This document shows, one piece after another, positions 27,109 to 40,800 of a DNA stretch of 64,000 bases. The stretch is from NCBI RefSeq assembly GCF_030384885.1, contig NZ_CP128613.1; one strand, 5' to 3'. The notes under the pieces were generated by a model, which did not search any database, was not told the origin of the DNA, and saw nothing but the letters and a program-made list of their open reading frames with translations. Every line of letters begins with the position of its first letter. Position 1 is the stretch's first letter. The position numbers were made by a program, and so were the translations under genes. The stretch comes from Escherichia coli. Its GTDB lineage: Bacteria; Pseudomonadota; Gammaproteobacteria; Enterobacterales; Enterobacteriaceae.

Positions 27109-29127
27109 ATGTTACGTAATGGAAATAAATATCTCCTGATGCTGGTGAGTATAATTATGCTCACTGCGTGCATTAGCCAGTCAAGAACATCATTTATACC
27201 GCCACAGGATCGCGAATCTTTACTCGCCGAGCAACCGTGGCCGCATAATGGTTTTGTGGCGATTTCATGGCATAACGTTGAAGACGAAGCTGCCGACCAG
27301 CGTTTTATGTCAGTGCGGACATCAGCACTGCGTGAACAATTTGCCTGGCTGCGCGAGAACGGTTATCAACCGGTCAGTATTGCTCAAATTCGTGAAGCAC
27401 ATCGAGGAGGAAAACCGCTACCGGAAAAAGCAGTAGTGCTGACTTTTGATGACGGCTACCAGAGTTTTTATACCCGCGTCTTCCCAATTCTTCAGGCCTT
27501 CCAGTGGCCTGCTGTATGGGCCCCCGTCGGCAGTTGGGTCGATACGCCAGCGGATGAACAAGTAAAATTTGGCGATGAGATGGTCGATCGAGAATATTTT
27601 GCCACGTGGCAACAAGTGCGAGAAGTTGCGCGTTCCCGGCTCGTTGAGGTCGCTTCTCATACATGGAATTCTCACTACGGTATTCAGGCTAATGCCACCG
27701 GCAGCTTATTGCCTGTATATGTAAATCGTGCATATTTTACTGACCACGCACGGTATGAAACCGCAGCAGAATACCGGGAAAGAATTCGTCTGGATGCTGT
27801 AAAAATGACGGAATACCTGCGTACAAAGGCTAAGGTAAATCCACACGTTTTTGTTTGGCCTTATGGTGAAGCGAATGGCATAGCGATAGAGGAATTAAAA
27901 AAACTCGGTTATGACATGTTCTTCACCCTTGAATCAGGTTTGGCAAATGCGTCACAATTGGATTCCATTCCGCGAGTATTAATCGCCAATAATCCCTCAT
28001 TAAAAGAGTTTGCCCAGCAAATTATTACCGTACAGGAAAAATCATCACAACGGGTAATGCATATCGATCTTGATTACGTTTATGACGAAAACCGCCAGCA
28101 AATGGATCGCAATATTGATGTGCTAATTCAGCGGGTGAAAGATATGCAAATATCAACCGTGTATTTGCAGGCATTTGCTGATCCCGATGGTGATGGGCTG
28201 GTCAAAGAGGTCTGGTTTCCAAATCGTTTGCTACCAATGAAAGCAGATATTTTTAGTCGGGTTGCCTGGCAATTACGTACCCGCTCAGGTGTAAACATCT
28301 ATGCGTGGATGCCGGTATTAAGCTGGGATTTAGATCCCACATTAACGCGAGTAAAATATTTACCAACAGGGGAGAAAAAAGCACAAATTCATCCTGAACA
28401 ATATCGCCGTCTATCTCCTTTTGATGACAGGGTCAGAGCACAAGTTGGCATGTTATATGAAGATCTTGCCGGACATGCTGCTTTTGATGGCATATTGTTC
28501 CACGATGATGCTTTGCTTTCAGATTATGAAGATGCCAGTGCACCGGCTATCACGGCTTATCAGCAAGCAGGCTTTAGCGGGAGTCTGAGCGAAATTCGAC
28601 AAAACCCGGAGCAATTTAAACAGTGGACCCGCTTTAAAAGTCGTGCGTTAACTGACTTCACTTTAGAACTTAGTGCGCGCGTAAAAGCCATTCGCGGTCC
28701 ACATGTTAAAACTGCACGAAATATTTTTGCACTTCCGGTAATACAACCTGAAAGTGAAGCCTGGTTTGCACAGAATTATGCTGATTTCCTAAAAAGCTAT
28801 GACTGGACCGCTATTATGGCTATGCCTTATATGGAAGGTGTCGCAGAAAAATCGGCTGACCAATGGTTAATACAATTGACCAATCAAATTAAAAACATCC
28901 CTCAGGCTAAAGACAAATCTATTTTAGAATTACAGGCACAAAACTGGCAGAAAAATGGTCAGCATCAGGCTATTTCTTCGCAACAACTCGCTCACTGGAT
29001 GAGCCTATTACAACTGAATGGAATGAAAAACTATGGTTATTATCCCGACAATTTTCTGCATAACCAACCTGAAATAGACGTTATTCGTCCTGAGTTTTCA
29101 ACAGCCTGGTATCCGAAAAATGATTAA
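27109..29127 (+). CDS. pgaB: Poly-beta-1,6-GlcNAc N-deacetylase lipoprotein PgaB (672 aa)
   Basis: 672-aa ORF; lipobox LTAC; polysaccharide deacetylase-like motifs (TFDDGY). Confidence 0.95.
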
Positions 29128-30445
29128 TCGCATCGTATCGTTTTTTATATTATGTCTGGTGTTATGCATACCCCTATGCGTAGCGTACTTTCACTCTGGT
29201 GAACTGATGATGAGGTTCGTTTTCTTCTGGCCGTTTTTTATGTCCATTATGTGGATTGTTGGCGGCGTCTATTTCTGGGTCTATCGTGAACGCCACTGGC
29301 CGTGGGGAGAAAACGCACCAGCTCCCCAGTTGAAAGATAATCCGTCTATCTCCATTATCATTCCCTGTTTTAATGAGGAGAAAAACGTTGAGGAAACCAT
29401 ACACGCCGCTTTAGCACAGCGTTATGAGAACATTGAAGTTATTGCCGTAAATGACGGTTCAACAGACAAAACCCGTGCCATCCTGGATCGCATGGCTGCA
29501 CAAATTCCCCACCTGCGGGTCATTCATCTGGCGCAAAACCAGGGGAAAGCCATTGCGCTTAAAACCGGAGCTGCCGCGGCGAAAAGTGAATATCTGGTGT
29601 GCATTGATGGCGATGCGTTATTAGACCGCGATGCGGCGGCATATATTGTGGAACCGATGTTGTACAACCCGCGTGTGGGTGCCGTAACCGGTAATCCTCG
29701 TATTCGAACACGTTCTACCCTGGTGGGTAAAATTCAGGTTGGCGAGTATTCCTCAATTATTGGTTTGATCAAGCGAACCCAGCGTATCTATGGAAACGTA
29801 TTTACCGTTTCTGGTGTTATTGCCGCATTTCGTCGCAGCGCCCTGGCAGAAGTGGGTTACTGGAGTGACGATATGATCACCGAAGATATTGATATTAGCT
29901 GGAAGCTGCAGTTGAATCAGTGGACGATTTTTTACGAGCCACGGGCGCTGTGCTGGATATTAATGCCTGAAACGTTAAAAGGGCTGTGGAAACAGCGCCT
30001 GCGCTGGGCTCAGGGCGGTGCAGAAGTATTCCTCAAAAATATGACAAGGCTATGGCGCAAAGAAAACTTTCGAATGTGGCCACTGTTTTTTGAATACTGT
30101 CTGACGACAATATGGGCCTTTACCTGCCTGGTCGGTTTCATTATTTACGCAGTCCAACTTGCAGGTGTACCGTTAAATATTGAATTGACACATATCGCTG
30201 CGACACATACTGCCGGAATATTACTGTGTACGTTATGTTTACTGCAATTTATTGTCAGCCTGATGATCGAGAATCGCTATGAGCATAATCTGACTTCATC
30301 GCTTTTCTGGATTATTTGGTTCCCGGTTATTTTCTGGATGCTGAGCCTGGCAACGACATTGGTATCATTTACACGAGTCATGTTGATGCCTAAAAAGCAA
30401 CGCGCCCGTTGGGTAAGTCCCGATCGAGGGATTCTGAGAGGTTAA
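29120..30445 (+). CDS. pgaC: Poly-beta-1,6-GlcNAc synthase, GT2 glycosyltransferase PgaC (441 aa)
   Basis: 441-aa ORF with GT2 motifs ([11 protein letters not shown]); overlaps the pgaB end by 8 nt. Confidence 0.95.
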
Positions 30446-30446
30446 T

Positions 30447-30860
30447 ATGAACAATTTAATTATTACGACCCGACAATCGCCAGTACGTTTAATGGTTGAT
30501 TATGTTGCCACAACCATCTTATGGACATTATTTGCTTTGTTCATATTCTTATTCACCATGGATCTGCTGACGGGTTATTACTGGCAAAGTGAGGCCAGAA
30601 GCCGACTTCAGTTCTATTTTTTGCTGGCAGTGGCGAATGCCGTCGTGTTAATTGTCTGGGCGCTGTACAATAAGCTGCGTTTTCAAAAACAGCAGCATCA
30701 TGCAGCCTACCAATATACGCCGCAAGAATATGCAGAGAGCTTAGCAATACCTGATGAGCTCTATCAGCAACTACAAAAAAGCCACAGGATGAGCGTACAC
30801 TTCACCAGCCAAGGGCAAATAAAAATGGTTGTTTCAGAAAAAGCGCTAGTCCGGGCATAA
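30447..30860 (+). CDS. pgaD: PGA synthesis accessory protein PgaD (137 aa)
   Basis: 137-aa ORF with two transmembrane segments, immediately after pgaC. Confidence 0.9.
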   Translation: MNNLIITTRQSPVRLMVDYVATTILWTLFALFIFLFTMDLLTGYYWQSEARSRLQFYFLLAVANAVVLIVWALYNKLRFQKQQHHAAYQYTPQEYAESLAIPDELYQQLQKSHRMSVHFTSQGQIKMVVSEKALVRA

Positions 30861-30871
30861 ACACCCAAAAC

Positions 30872-30892
30872 AAAGCCCGGTTCGCCCGGGCT
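30872..30892 (-). terminator. Hairpin between convergent pgaD and phoH (likely phoH terminator)
   Basis: aaagcccgg-ttcg-cccgggct stem-loop; a U-run follows on the minus strand. Confidence 0.5.
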
Positions 30893-30909
30893 CTGCACCG
30901 ATAATACAC

Positions 30910-31974
30910 TTAACTGTATGCATGTAGCGTACGTTGGCAAAGTGCCGAACGTACGCAATCCTCTTTACCGAATCGGACGATCCCGACCATTTCATCCTCT
31001 TCGAAACGTTCCAGCGCGTCACTTAATCCGGAGCGCACGCCGCGAGGCAAATCGCATTGCGTGATATCACCGTTGACGATAACCGTCACGTTCTCCCCGA
31101 GGCGGGTTAAAAACATTTTCATTTGCGCGGCAGTCACATTCTGCGCCTCGTCAAGAATGACGACTGCATTTTCAAAGGTACGTCCACGCATATAGGCGAA
31201 CGGCGCAATTTCCACCTTCCCTATTTCCGGTCGCAGGCAGTACTGCATAAAGGAAGCCCCTAAGCGACGGACCAGCACGTCGTAGACCGGGCGAAAATAG
31301 GGAGCAAACTTTTCTGCGATATCACCAGGTAAGAAACCTAGATCTTCATCGGCTTGCAGAACTGGACGGGTGACAATAATCCTGTCGACATCCTTATGTA
31401 TCAGGGCCTCTGCCGCTTTTGCGGCACTGATCCAGGTTTTTCCGCACCCGGCTTCGCCGGTGGCGAATATCAGCTGCTTACTCTCAATAGCCTTCAGATA
31501 GTGCAATTGCGCTTCATTTCGCGCGAGGATGGGCGAGGTATCGCGACTGTCGCGGGCCATACCAATGGCTTCTACGCCGCTCATCTGCACAAGCGAGGTG
31601 ACCGATTCTTCTTCACGCTGCTTATGGCTGCGCGAATCCCGTCTCAGCACACGTTTTGCCTCGCGACGAGCTTTGATCACTGCTTTTTGTCTTCCCATGG
31701 AGAGCACCTTGAGTTGTTTGTATTCATCACACGCGCCGTTGGCAGCGCGATTATGCGCACGAACATCAGAGGGTTGGCTTCCTTGTAAGCCATAGTTTGC
31801 TGTTGGATAAAATGCCGAAAAACGGCTACGCACACCGTTTGCGGCGTCGGTAACACATGAAAAGTAAGGAAGAATTTGAAAATGCAAAGTGACGAGATGA
31901 CTACCGGAGGAGAAATCTCCGCGAGTGGTGGAGCGTTGCTTAACAAAACATTGTCCAGTACAGGACGTTACCAT
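30910..31974 (-). CDS. phoH: PhoH, phosphate-starvation-inducible ATPase (354 aa)
   Basis: 354-aa ORF with Walker A motif GEAGCGKT. Confidence 0.9.
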   Translation of the reverse strand: MVTSCTGQCFVKQRSTTRGDFSSGSHLVTLHFQILPYFSCVTDAANGVRSRFSAFYPTANYGLQGSQPSDVRAHNRAANGACDEYKQLKVLSMGRQKAVIKARREAKRVLRRDSRSHKQREEESVTSLVQMSGVEAIGMARDSRDTSPILARNEAQLHYLKAIESKQLIFATGEAGCGKTWISAAKAAEALIHKDVDRIIVTRPVLQADEDLGFLPGDIAEKFAPYFRPVYDVLVRRLGASFMQYCLRPEIGKVEIAPFAYMRGRTFENAVVILDEAQNVTAAQMKMFLTRLGENVTVIVNGDITQCDLPRGVRSGLSDALERFEEDEMVGIVRFGKEDCVRSALCQRTLHAYS

Positions 31975-32123
31975 CCGCGATCTCCATAGTGACTGACTAT
32001 CACTGCCGGGAACTTCCGCTGCTACTTAATAATTACAACAGATCTCGCATTCATTGCAACAATATATTCACTTATATTTAACTATAAAACACCATTTCAG
32101 TGACATTAGTTTCTACTGGAAAG

Positions 32124-32141
32124 ATGACAGAGTGATGACAG
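32124..32141 (-). promoter_or_regulatory. Candidate Pho box upstream of phoH
   Basis: Minus strand reads CTGTCATCACTCTGTCAT, two CTGTCAT direct repeats spaced 11 bp centre to centre, as in the PhoB consensus. Confidence 0.55.
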
Positions 32142-32159
32142 TGATGAAAAAAGCTGTGT

Positions 32160-32430
32160 GCTTTCAGCAGGATTCGCATCAGGCATCAACGCACGAACGC
32201 CGGATGCGGCGTGAACGCCTTATCCTGCCTACCGAACCCGCACCGATTGTAGGCATGATAAGACGCGCAAGCGTCGCATCAGGCATCAACGCACGAACGC
32301 CGGATGCGGCGTGAAAGCCTTATCCAGCCTACCGAACCCGCACCGATTGTAGGCATGATAAGACGTGTAAGCGTCGCATCAGGCATCAGCGCACGAGCGC
32401 CTGGTGCGGCGTAAACGCCTTATACGCCTA
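32160..32430. repeat. Cluster of REP/BIME elements
   Basis: Three tandem ~115-bp units containing gcatcaggcatcaacgcacgaacgccggatgcggcgtgaacgccttatc...gtaggcatgataagacg. Confidence 0.7.
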
Positions 32431-32436
32431 AAAACA

Positions 32437-33708
32437 TTAAACCCGCAATAATGCGCTTCCAAGATAATCGTTCGTGTCCTTCACACCCGGCAGCGCAAAG
32501 AAATAGCCGCCACCGATGGGTTTAACGTATTCCTCCAGCGCCTCGCCATTCAACCTTTTTTGTACTGTCAGGAAGCCCTTTTCCAGATCGTGTTGGTAGC
32601 AGACAAACAGCAACCCCATATCCAGTTGCCCGGAGTTGGTAACACCCAACGAATAACTGTAGCCACGACGCAGCATCAAACTAGACTCGCTCTCCGTCGT
32701 GCGGGGATTCGCCAGCCGGATATGGCTGTCCAGCGCGATCACCTTCCCTTCCGGATCACTGGCGTAATCGGGAACATCATGCTCATGCTGCATTCCCAGC
32801 GGCGCGCCGGTTTGTTTATCACGCCCAAATATCGTCTGCTGTTCTTTCAGCGGCGTTCTGTCCCAAAACTCCACCCGAAACTGAATCAACCGCACCGCCT
32901 GGTAGCTGCCGCCGATAGCCCAGGCAGGCTCCTGCTGATCTGCCGTCACCCACACCACTTGTTGCATCAACTTATCATTCTGGCTATCGGGATTGGCAGT
33001 GCCGTCTTTGAAACCCAGCAAATTTATCGGCGTCTCTTTACCTTTACTACGCGCCGCGTGGTCGGAAATAAACCCTTCCCGCTTCCAACGCACGCTGAGC
33101 AAATCCGGCGTGTGTTTGATGATATCGCGCAGCGCATGGATCACCGTGTCCTGGGTGTTGGCGCAAATTTGTAGCAACACATCACCATGACATAACGCCG
33201 CATCCAGCGAGTCGTTGGGGAAACGCGTCATCTTCTGCAACTTTTTCGGCATCTGTGGCGCAAGACCAAACCGTTCATCAAACAACGAGTGACCAACTGA
33301 CAACGTGATGGTGAGATTATCGGGCGCAATGTAGCCGCCAAGAATGCCGGAATCGCGTGGTGGCAGGCGTGGATTTGGCGTTTCTGGTGCCGCTCCGCCC
33401 TGAGTCAGAAAAGCAAAACGCTGAGTCAACAAGCGAAACAATCGCTCAAGATCAGCTTTATCGCTGGCAAGCACATCAAACGCCACCAGCATCATTGCCG
33501 CCTGCTGCGGCGTCAGAATACCCGCCTGATGTTCGCCATAAAACGGCTGCGCTTCACTGCGCGCATCCGGTGAAAGCGTCCCCGGCGCACTTAGTGGTTT
33601 TTGCGCATGCGCTACCGGGCAACTTCCCGCCAGTGCCAGCGCGCCAATCCCTTTCAGTAAACGTCGGCGTGACGGTTTATTCACGCCGTTTTCATCTTCA
33701 TACTGCAT
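32437..33708 (-). CDS. efeB: Dye-decolorising peroxidase / deferrochelatase EfeB, Tat-secreted (423 aa)
   Basis: 423-aa ORF with twin-arginine signal ([16 protein letters not shown]). Confidence 0.9.
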   Translation of the reverse strand: MQYEDENGVNKPSRRRLLKGIGALALAGSCPVAHAQKPLSAPGTLSPDARSEAQPFYGEHQAGILTPQQAAMMLVAFDVLASDKADLERLFRLLTQRFAFLTQGGAAPETPNPRLPPRDSGILGGYIAPDNLTITLSVGHSLFDERFGLAPQMPKKLQKMTRFPNDSLDAALCHGDVLLQICANTQDTVIHALRDIIKHTPDLLSVRWKREGFISDHAARSKGKETPINLLGFKDGTANPDSQNDKLMQQVVWVTADQQEPAWAIGGSYQAVRLIQFRVEFWDRTPLKEQQTIFGRDKQTGAPLGMQHEHDVPDYASDPEGKVIALDSHIRLANPRTTESESSLMLRRGYSYSLGVTNSGQLDMGLLFVCYQHDLEKGFLTVQKRLNGEALEEYVKPIGGGYFFALPGVKDTNDYLGSALLRV

Positions 33709-33713
33709 AACGC

Positions 33714-34841
33714 TTAATCCAGTCCCAGCACACCGCGAAGTTGCGCCAGATCTTCCGCTAGCGCAGTAATCGGCCCTTTCAGCGCATTACGATCGGCATC
33801 GGTCAATTTGTCGTAGGTTTCAAAACCGTCTTTGGTACGGTATTTCGCCAGAATGGTATCGACCTTTTTGAAGTTAGCATCGACTTTTGCCAGCAGTTCC
33901 GGGTTGGCTTTTTGTAGTTGTGGACGCAGCAGATCGACAATTTTCTGCGAGCCTTCAACGTTAGCCTGGAAGTCCCACAGATCGGTGTGGCTGTAGCGAT
34001 CTTCTTCACCGCTGATTTTGCTGGCTGCCACTTCCTCAATCAGTCCGGCTGCGCCGCCGACCACTTTTGAAGGTGGGAAAGCCAGTTCACTGATGCGTTT
34101 TTGCAAATCGACCACATCGGTATAAAGCTGGTCAGCATACTGATCCATTCCTTTGGTGGTATTGTCGCCAAACAATGCTTTTTCCAGACGGTGGAAACCG
34201 GTGAATTTCGGATCGGCGGCTTTTTGCTCGTAATCATCTTCACGGGCGTCAATGCTGCCATCCAGATCGGAGAAAAGTTCAGCAATCGGTTCGATGCGCT
34301 CATAGTGCTGGCGCGTCGGCGCATACAGTGCTTTCGCTTTTTCGATATCGCCTGCTTTAATAGCGTCGGTAAAGGCTTTGGTGTCGGTCACCAGTTGCGT
34401 GGTTTCCGCCATGACATACGCTTTATATGCAGTAATTGCACCACCAAGACTTAACAGCGCATCACTTTGCGCCGCATCCGCCGTTGCTTCACCTTTGACG
34501 ATCAACTTCCCTTTCGGGTTAGTCAGCAGACCGCAGGTCATATCGTATTCGCCAGGCTGTAAATTCGCCGTCATTTTCTGGCTAAAACCAGGGGCGATAT
34601 TTTCCCGCTCTTCCACCACCATCACGCCTTTGAGGATCTCCCACTCCAGCGCCTTCTGGCTATGGTTCTGAATAATGAACTGTGTTTTCCCGGCGTTAAC
34701 CGTAATGGTCATCGGTTCGCACTGCTTATCTGTCACAGTGACTTTGACCTGCGGAATATCAGCGGCGTTAGCCATAAAAGCAGAAGAGAACAGCGCAGCC
34801 ACGCTCAACTGCAATGCGTTACGGCGGAAGTTAATGGTCAT
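33714..34841 (-). CDS. efeO: Periplasmic iron uptake protein EfeO (375 aa)
   Basis: 375-aa ORF with signal peptide; operon position between efeU and efeB. Confidence 0.9.
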   Translation of the reverse strand: MTINFRRNALQLSVAALFSSAFMANAADIPQVKVTVTDKQCEPMTITVNAGKTQFIIQNHSQKALEWEILKGVMVVEERENIAPGFSQKMTANLQPGEYDMTCGLLTNPKGKLIVKGEATADAAQSDALLSLGGAITAYKAYVMAETTQLVTDTKAFTDAIKAGDIEKAKALYAPTRQHYERIEPIAELFSDLDGSIDAREDDYEQKAADPKFTGFHRLEKALFGDNTTKGMDQYADQLYTDVVDLQKRISELAFPPSKVVGGAAGLIEEVAASKISGEEDRYSHTDLWDFQANVEGSQKIVDLLRPQLQKANPELLAKVDANFKKVDTILAKYRTKDGFETYDKLTDADRNALKGPITALAEDLAQLRGVLGLD

Positions 34842-34898
34842 GACGAGACTATCCCTTTAAAGTATGTTGTAACTAAGCAAGAGTTTGCGTCATTTTCG

Positions 34899-35729
34899 TT
34901 ACGCGGAGCGAGACGCTGTCGCCCCTGCGCGCGGCGGCAGAGCAAATGCCACCAGCGCCGGGATGAGATAAATAAACCAGACGGCGACTTCGCTGACGCT
35001 CGGCGCTTCCTGATAACCAAAGATACCTTCCATCAGCGTACCGAACAGCGAGTGAGTTGAGAGCACCGCGCTCATATCGAAGGCGATTTCCTGAAAGTGG
35101 TTCCACAGCCCGGCTTCATGAAACGCGCGAATAGCACCTGCCGCCAGCCCTGCGGCGACGAAGAGAATAAACAGGCTGGTCCATTTAAAAAACGCGCCAA
35201 GATTGAGGCGAATACCGCCCCAGTAGAGCAGGAAGCCGAGCACCACGGCTGTAGCAAGACCGAGCATTGCACCCAGCGGAGGCCAGATACCGACATCTTG
35301 TTGAAACGCCGCCAGCAGGAAAAAGACCGACTCCAGTCCTTCCCTTGCAACGGCAAAAAAGACCATCATCACCAGCGCCCAGCCATGATGATTCCCACGC
35401 TGCAATGCGCTATCGACTGCCTGTTCCAGTTGCACTTTGACGTTGCGCGACACTTTACGCATCCAGAAAACCATCCAGGTGAGGATCACCACGGCAATCA
35501 CCGCCACGATACCTTCGAACAATTCCTGCTCTTTTTGCGGAAATTCGCCGGTAGTTTCATTAATGAATATACCCAGCCCCAGGCACAACGCAGCGGCTAG
35601 CAACACGCCAATCCACATGACACCAATCCATCGACCTCGCTGGGTACGCTTAAGATAGCTGGCAATCAGGCTGACAATCAGCGCGGCTTCAAGTCCTTCG
35701 CGCAACATAATGAGAAACGGAACAAACAT
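34899..35729 (-). CDS. efeU: Ferrous iron permease EfeU, intact (276 aa)
   Basis: Uninterrupted ORF 34899-35738; start at MFVPFLIMLREGLEA; two REGLE motifs typical of the Ftr1/EfeU family. Confidence 0.85.
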   Translation of the reverse strand: MFVPFLIMLREGLEAALIVSLIASYLKRTQRGRWIGVMWIGVLLAAALCLGLGIFINETTGEFPQKEQELFEGIVAVIAVVILTWMVFWMRKVSRNVKVQLEQAVDSALQRGNHHGWALVMMVFFAVAREGLESVFFLLAAFQQDVGIWPPLGAMLGLATAVVLGFLLYWGGIRLNLGAFFKWTSLFILFVAAGLAAGAIRAFHEAGLWNHFQEIAFDMSAVLSTHSLFGTLMEGIFGYQEAPSVSEVAVWFIYLIPALVAFALPPRAGATASRSA

Positions 35730-35785
35730 GCCACCCACCCTTAAACGTTTTTCTGAGTCAATCTATGCAAAGAAAAGTAAATCGC

Positions 35786-35806
35786 AGTGATAGCGATTAT
35801 CATTAC
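35786..35806 (-). promoter_or_regulatory. Candidate Fur box upstream of efeU
   Basis: Minus strand reads GTAATGATAATCGCTATCACT, close to the GATAATGATAATCATTATC consensus; a second Fur-like GTGATAATGATGAGG lies at about 35830-35846. Confidence 0.5.
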
Positions 35807-35875
35807 GGTGAAGAAAAACACAAGCGGAATGTAGTGATAATGATGAGGAAATGTAAATTTTATTTGAGAGAAAAT

Positions 35876-35906
35876 GCAGAGGGCAATCACTGATTGCCCT
35901 CTGCCT
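35876..35906 (-). terminator. Rho-independent terminator downstream of putP
   Basis: Perfect hairpin cagagggcaatc-actg-attgccctctg followed on the minus strand by a T-rich tract. Confidence 0.55.
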
Positions 35907-35948
35907 GCTTCTGATTATGGCGTGGAATTTTCGGTAAAACGCCTTCCC

Positions 35949-37457
<1,509 letters not shown>

Positions 37458-37639
37458 CTAAAGTCTCCAAAAAATTATTATCGGCAATGTCGAAACTTGC
37501 CGTTATATCTGCCACCGGAACGGGGTAGCAGAGTTTATGTTTTACCAGGGCGACCGTATCCTGCCGGAAGCGCTGGTTATTCACAATCGATTTAACACAC
37601 CATTTACATTAAATTTTAGTGCTCAGCGATACTATTTTT

Positions 37640-37860
37640 CATCAGGTTGCACTCCCTCACATTTTTTGTGGTTGCACCTTTCAAAAATGTTAACTGCCGC
37701 AGAGAAAAAGTCTGAGTTATTTTTTTAATCCCTGTCATATCGATTTCTTTTATTAACATTTCATTCATTTTTAAGCTTGCTACGCAGGTCACATTTAACA
37801 TAGTTGCACAAAGTTGCAACATCATGGATATTTCACGATAACGTTAAGTTGCACCTTTCA
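37640..37860. promoter_or_regulatory. put control region with five GTTGCA motifs (PutA operator half-sites)
   Basis: GTTGCA at 37646, 37671, 37803, 37813 and 37848 within the putP-putA divergent intergenic region; PutA is established to bind GTTGCA motifs. Confidence 0.7.
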
Positions 37861-37879
37861 GAACAACAGGAGTAATGGC

Positions 37880-40800
37880 ATGGGAACCACCACCATGGGG
37901 GTTAAGCTGGACGACGCGACGCGTGAACGCATTAAGTCTGCCGCGACACGTATCGATCGCACACCGCACTGGTTAATTAAGCAGGCGATTTTTTCTTATC
38001 TTGAACAACTGGAAAACAGCGATACTCTGCCGGAGCTACCTGCGCTGCTTTCTGGCGCGGCCAATGAGAGCGATGAAGTACCGAATCCGGCAGAGGAACC
38101 ACACCAGCCATTCCTCGACTTTGCCGAGCAAATTTTGCCACAGTCGGTTTCCCGTGCGGCTATCACCGCCGCCTATCGCCGCCCGGAAACCGAAGCGGTT
38201 TCTATGCTGCTGGAACAAGCTCGCCTGCCGCAGCCGGTTGCTGAACAGGCGCATAAACTGGCGTATCAACTGGCCGATAAACTGCGTAATCAAAAAAATG
38301 CCAGTGGTCGCGCAGGCATGGTTCAGGGATTATTGCAGGAGTTTTCGCTGTCATCGCAGGAAGGCGTGGCGCTGATGTGTCTGGCGGAAGCACTATTGCG
38401 TATTCCCGACAAAGCCACCCGTGATGCGTTAATACGCGACAAAATCAGCAACGGTAACTGGCAGTCACATATTGGTCGTAGCCCGTCGCTGTTTGTTAAT
38501 GCCGCCACCTGGGGGCTTCTCTTTACCGGCAAACTGGTTTCTACCCATAACGAAGCCAGCCTCTCCCGTTCGCTGAATCGCATTATCGGTAAGAGTGGCG
38601 AACCGCTAATCCGCAAAGGTGTGGATATGGCGATGCGTCTGATGGGCGAGCAGTTCGTCACTGGTGAAACCATCGCGGAAGCGTTAGCCAATGCCCGCAA
38701 GCTGGAAGAGAAAGGTTTCCGTTACTCCTACGATATGCTGGGCGAAGCCGCACTGACCGCAGCGGACGCGCAGGCATATATGGTTTCCTATCAGCAGGCG
38801 ATTCACGCTATTGGTAAAGCCTCCAATGGTCGTGGCATCTATGAAGGTCCAGGCATTTCAATCAAGCTGTCGGCGCTGCATCCGCGCTACAGCCGCGCCC
38901 AGTACGATCGGTTAATGGAAGAGCTTTACCCGCGTCTGAAATCATTAACCTTGCTGGCGCGTCAGTACGATATTGGTATTAACATTGATGCCGAAGAGGC
39001 CGATCGTCTGGAGATCTCCCTCGATCTGTTGGAAAAGCTTTGTTTCGAGCCTGAACTGGCAGGCTGGAACGGCATCGGTTTTGTTATTCAGGCTTATCAA
39101 AAACGCTGCCCGCTGGTGATCGATTACCTGATTGATCTCGCCACCCGCAGCCGTCGTCGTCTGATGATTCGCCTGGTGAAAGGCGCGTACTGGGATAGTG
39201 AAATCAAACGTGCGCAAATGGACGGCCTTGAAGGTTATCCGGTTTATACCCGCAAGGTGTATACCGATGTTTCTTATCTCGCTTGTGCGAAAAAGCTGCT
39301 GGCGGTGCCAAATCTCATTTACCCGCAGTTTGCAACGCACAACGCCCACACGCTGGCGGCGATTTATCAACTGGCAGGTCAAAACTACTATCCGGGTCAG
39401 TACGAGTTCCAGTGCCTGCATGGTATGGGCGAGCCACTGTATGAGCAGGTCACCGGGAAAGTTGCCGACGGCAAACTTAACCGTCCGTGTCGTATTTATG
39501 CTCCGGTCGGTACCCATGAAACACTGCTGGCATATCTGGTGCGTCGCCTGCTGGAAAACGGTGCTAACACCTCGTTTGTTAACCGTATTGCTGATACCTC
39601 TTTGCCACTGGATGAACTGGTTGCCGATCCAGTCACTGCAGTAGAAAAACTGGCGCAACAGGAAGGGCAAACTGGATTACCCCATCCGAAAATTCCCCTG
39701 CCGCGCGATCTTTACGGTCACGGGCGCGACAACTCGGCAGGGCTGGATCTCGCCAATGAACACCGACTGGCCTCGCTCTCCTCAGCCCTGCTCAACAGTG
39801 CACTGCAAAAATGGCAGGCCTTGCCAATGCTGGAACAACCGGTCGCGGCTGGTGAAATGTCACCCGTTATCAACCCGGCGGAACCGAAAGATATTGTGGG
39901 CTATGTGCGTGAAGCCACGCCACGTGAAGTAGAACAGGCGCTGGAAAGTGCAGTTAATAACGCGCCAATCTGGTTTGCCACGCCTCCGGCCGAACGCGCG
40001 GCGATTTTGCATCGCGCTGCCGTACTGATGGAAAGTCAGATGCAGCAACTGATTGGTATTCTGGTACGTGAGGCCGGAAAAACCTTCAGTAACGCCATTG
40101 CCGAAGTGCGTGAAGCCGTCGATTTTCTCCACTACTACGCGGGACAGGTGCGGGATGATTTCGCTAACGAAACCCACCGTCCATTAGGGCCTGTGGTGTG
40201 TATCAGCCCGTGGAATTTCCCGCTGGCGATTTTCACCGGGCAAATCGCTGCCGCACTGGCGGCAGGTAACAGCGTACTGGCAAAACCGGCAGAACAAACG
40301 CCGCTGATTGCCGCACAAGGGATTGCCATTTTGCTGGAAGCGGGTGTACCGCCAGGCGTGGTGCAGTTGTTGCCCGGTCAGGGTGAAACCGTAGGCGCGC
40401 AACTGACGGGTGATGATCGCGTGCGCGGGGTGATGTTTACCGGATCAACCGAAGTCGCTACGTTACTGCAACGCAATATCGCCAGCCGCCTGGACGCTCA
40501 GGGTCGCCCAATTCCACTCATTGCGGAAACCGGCGGCATGAACGCGATGATTGTCGATTCTTCAGCACTGACCGAACAAGTCGTAATAGATGTGCTGGCC
40601 TCGGCCTTCGACAGTGCGGGTCAGCGTTGTTCGGCACTGCGCGTGCTGTGCCTGCAAGATGAGATTGCCGACCACACGTTGAAAATGCTGCGCGGCGCAA
40701 TGGCCGAATGCCGGATGGGTAATCCGGGTCGCCTGACCACCGATATCGGTCCGGTGATTGATGGCGAAGCGAAAGCCAATATCGAGCGCCATATTCAGAC

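Noticed and set aside
32054-32314. 86-aa ORF upstream of phoH
   Set aside because: Spans the candidate Pho box and tandem REP elements; repeated peptide segments in its translation (ASGINARTPDAA) merely reflect the REP repeats.
32560-33174. 204-aa plus-strand ORF antisense to efeB
   Set aside because: Embedded antisense to efeB with no independent evidence.
38945-39670. 241-aa minus-strand ORF (and 40562-41281, 239 aa) inside putA
   Set aside because: Antisense within a well-supported 1320-aa gene; typical of GC-rich antisense frames; no start context or conservation signal visible.
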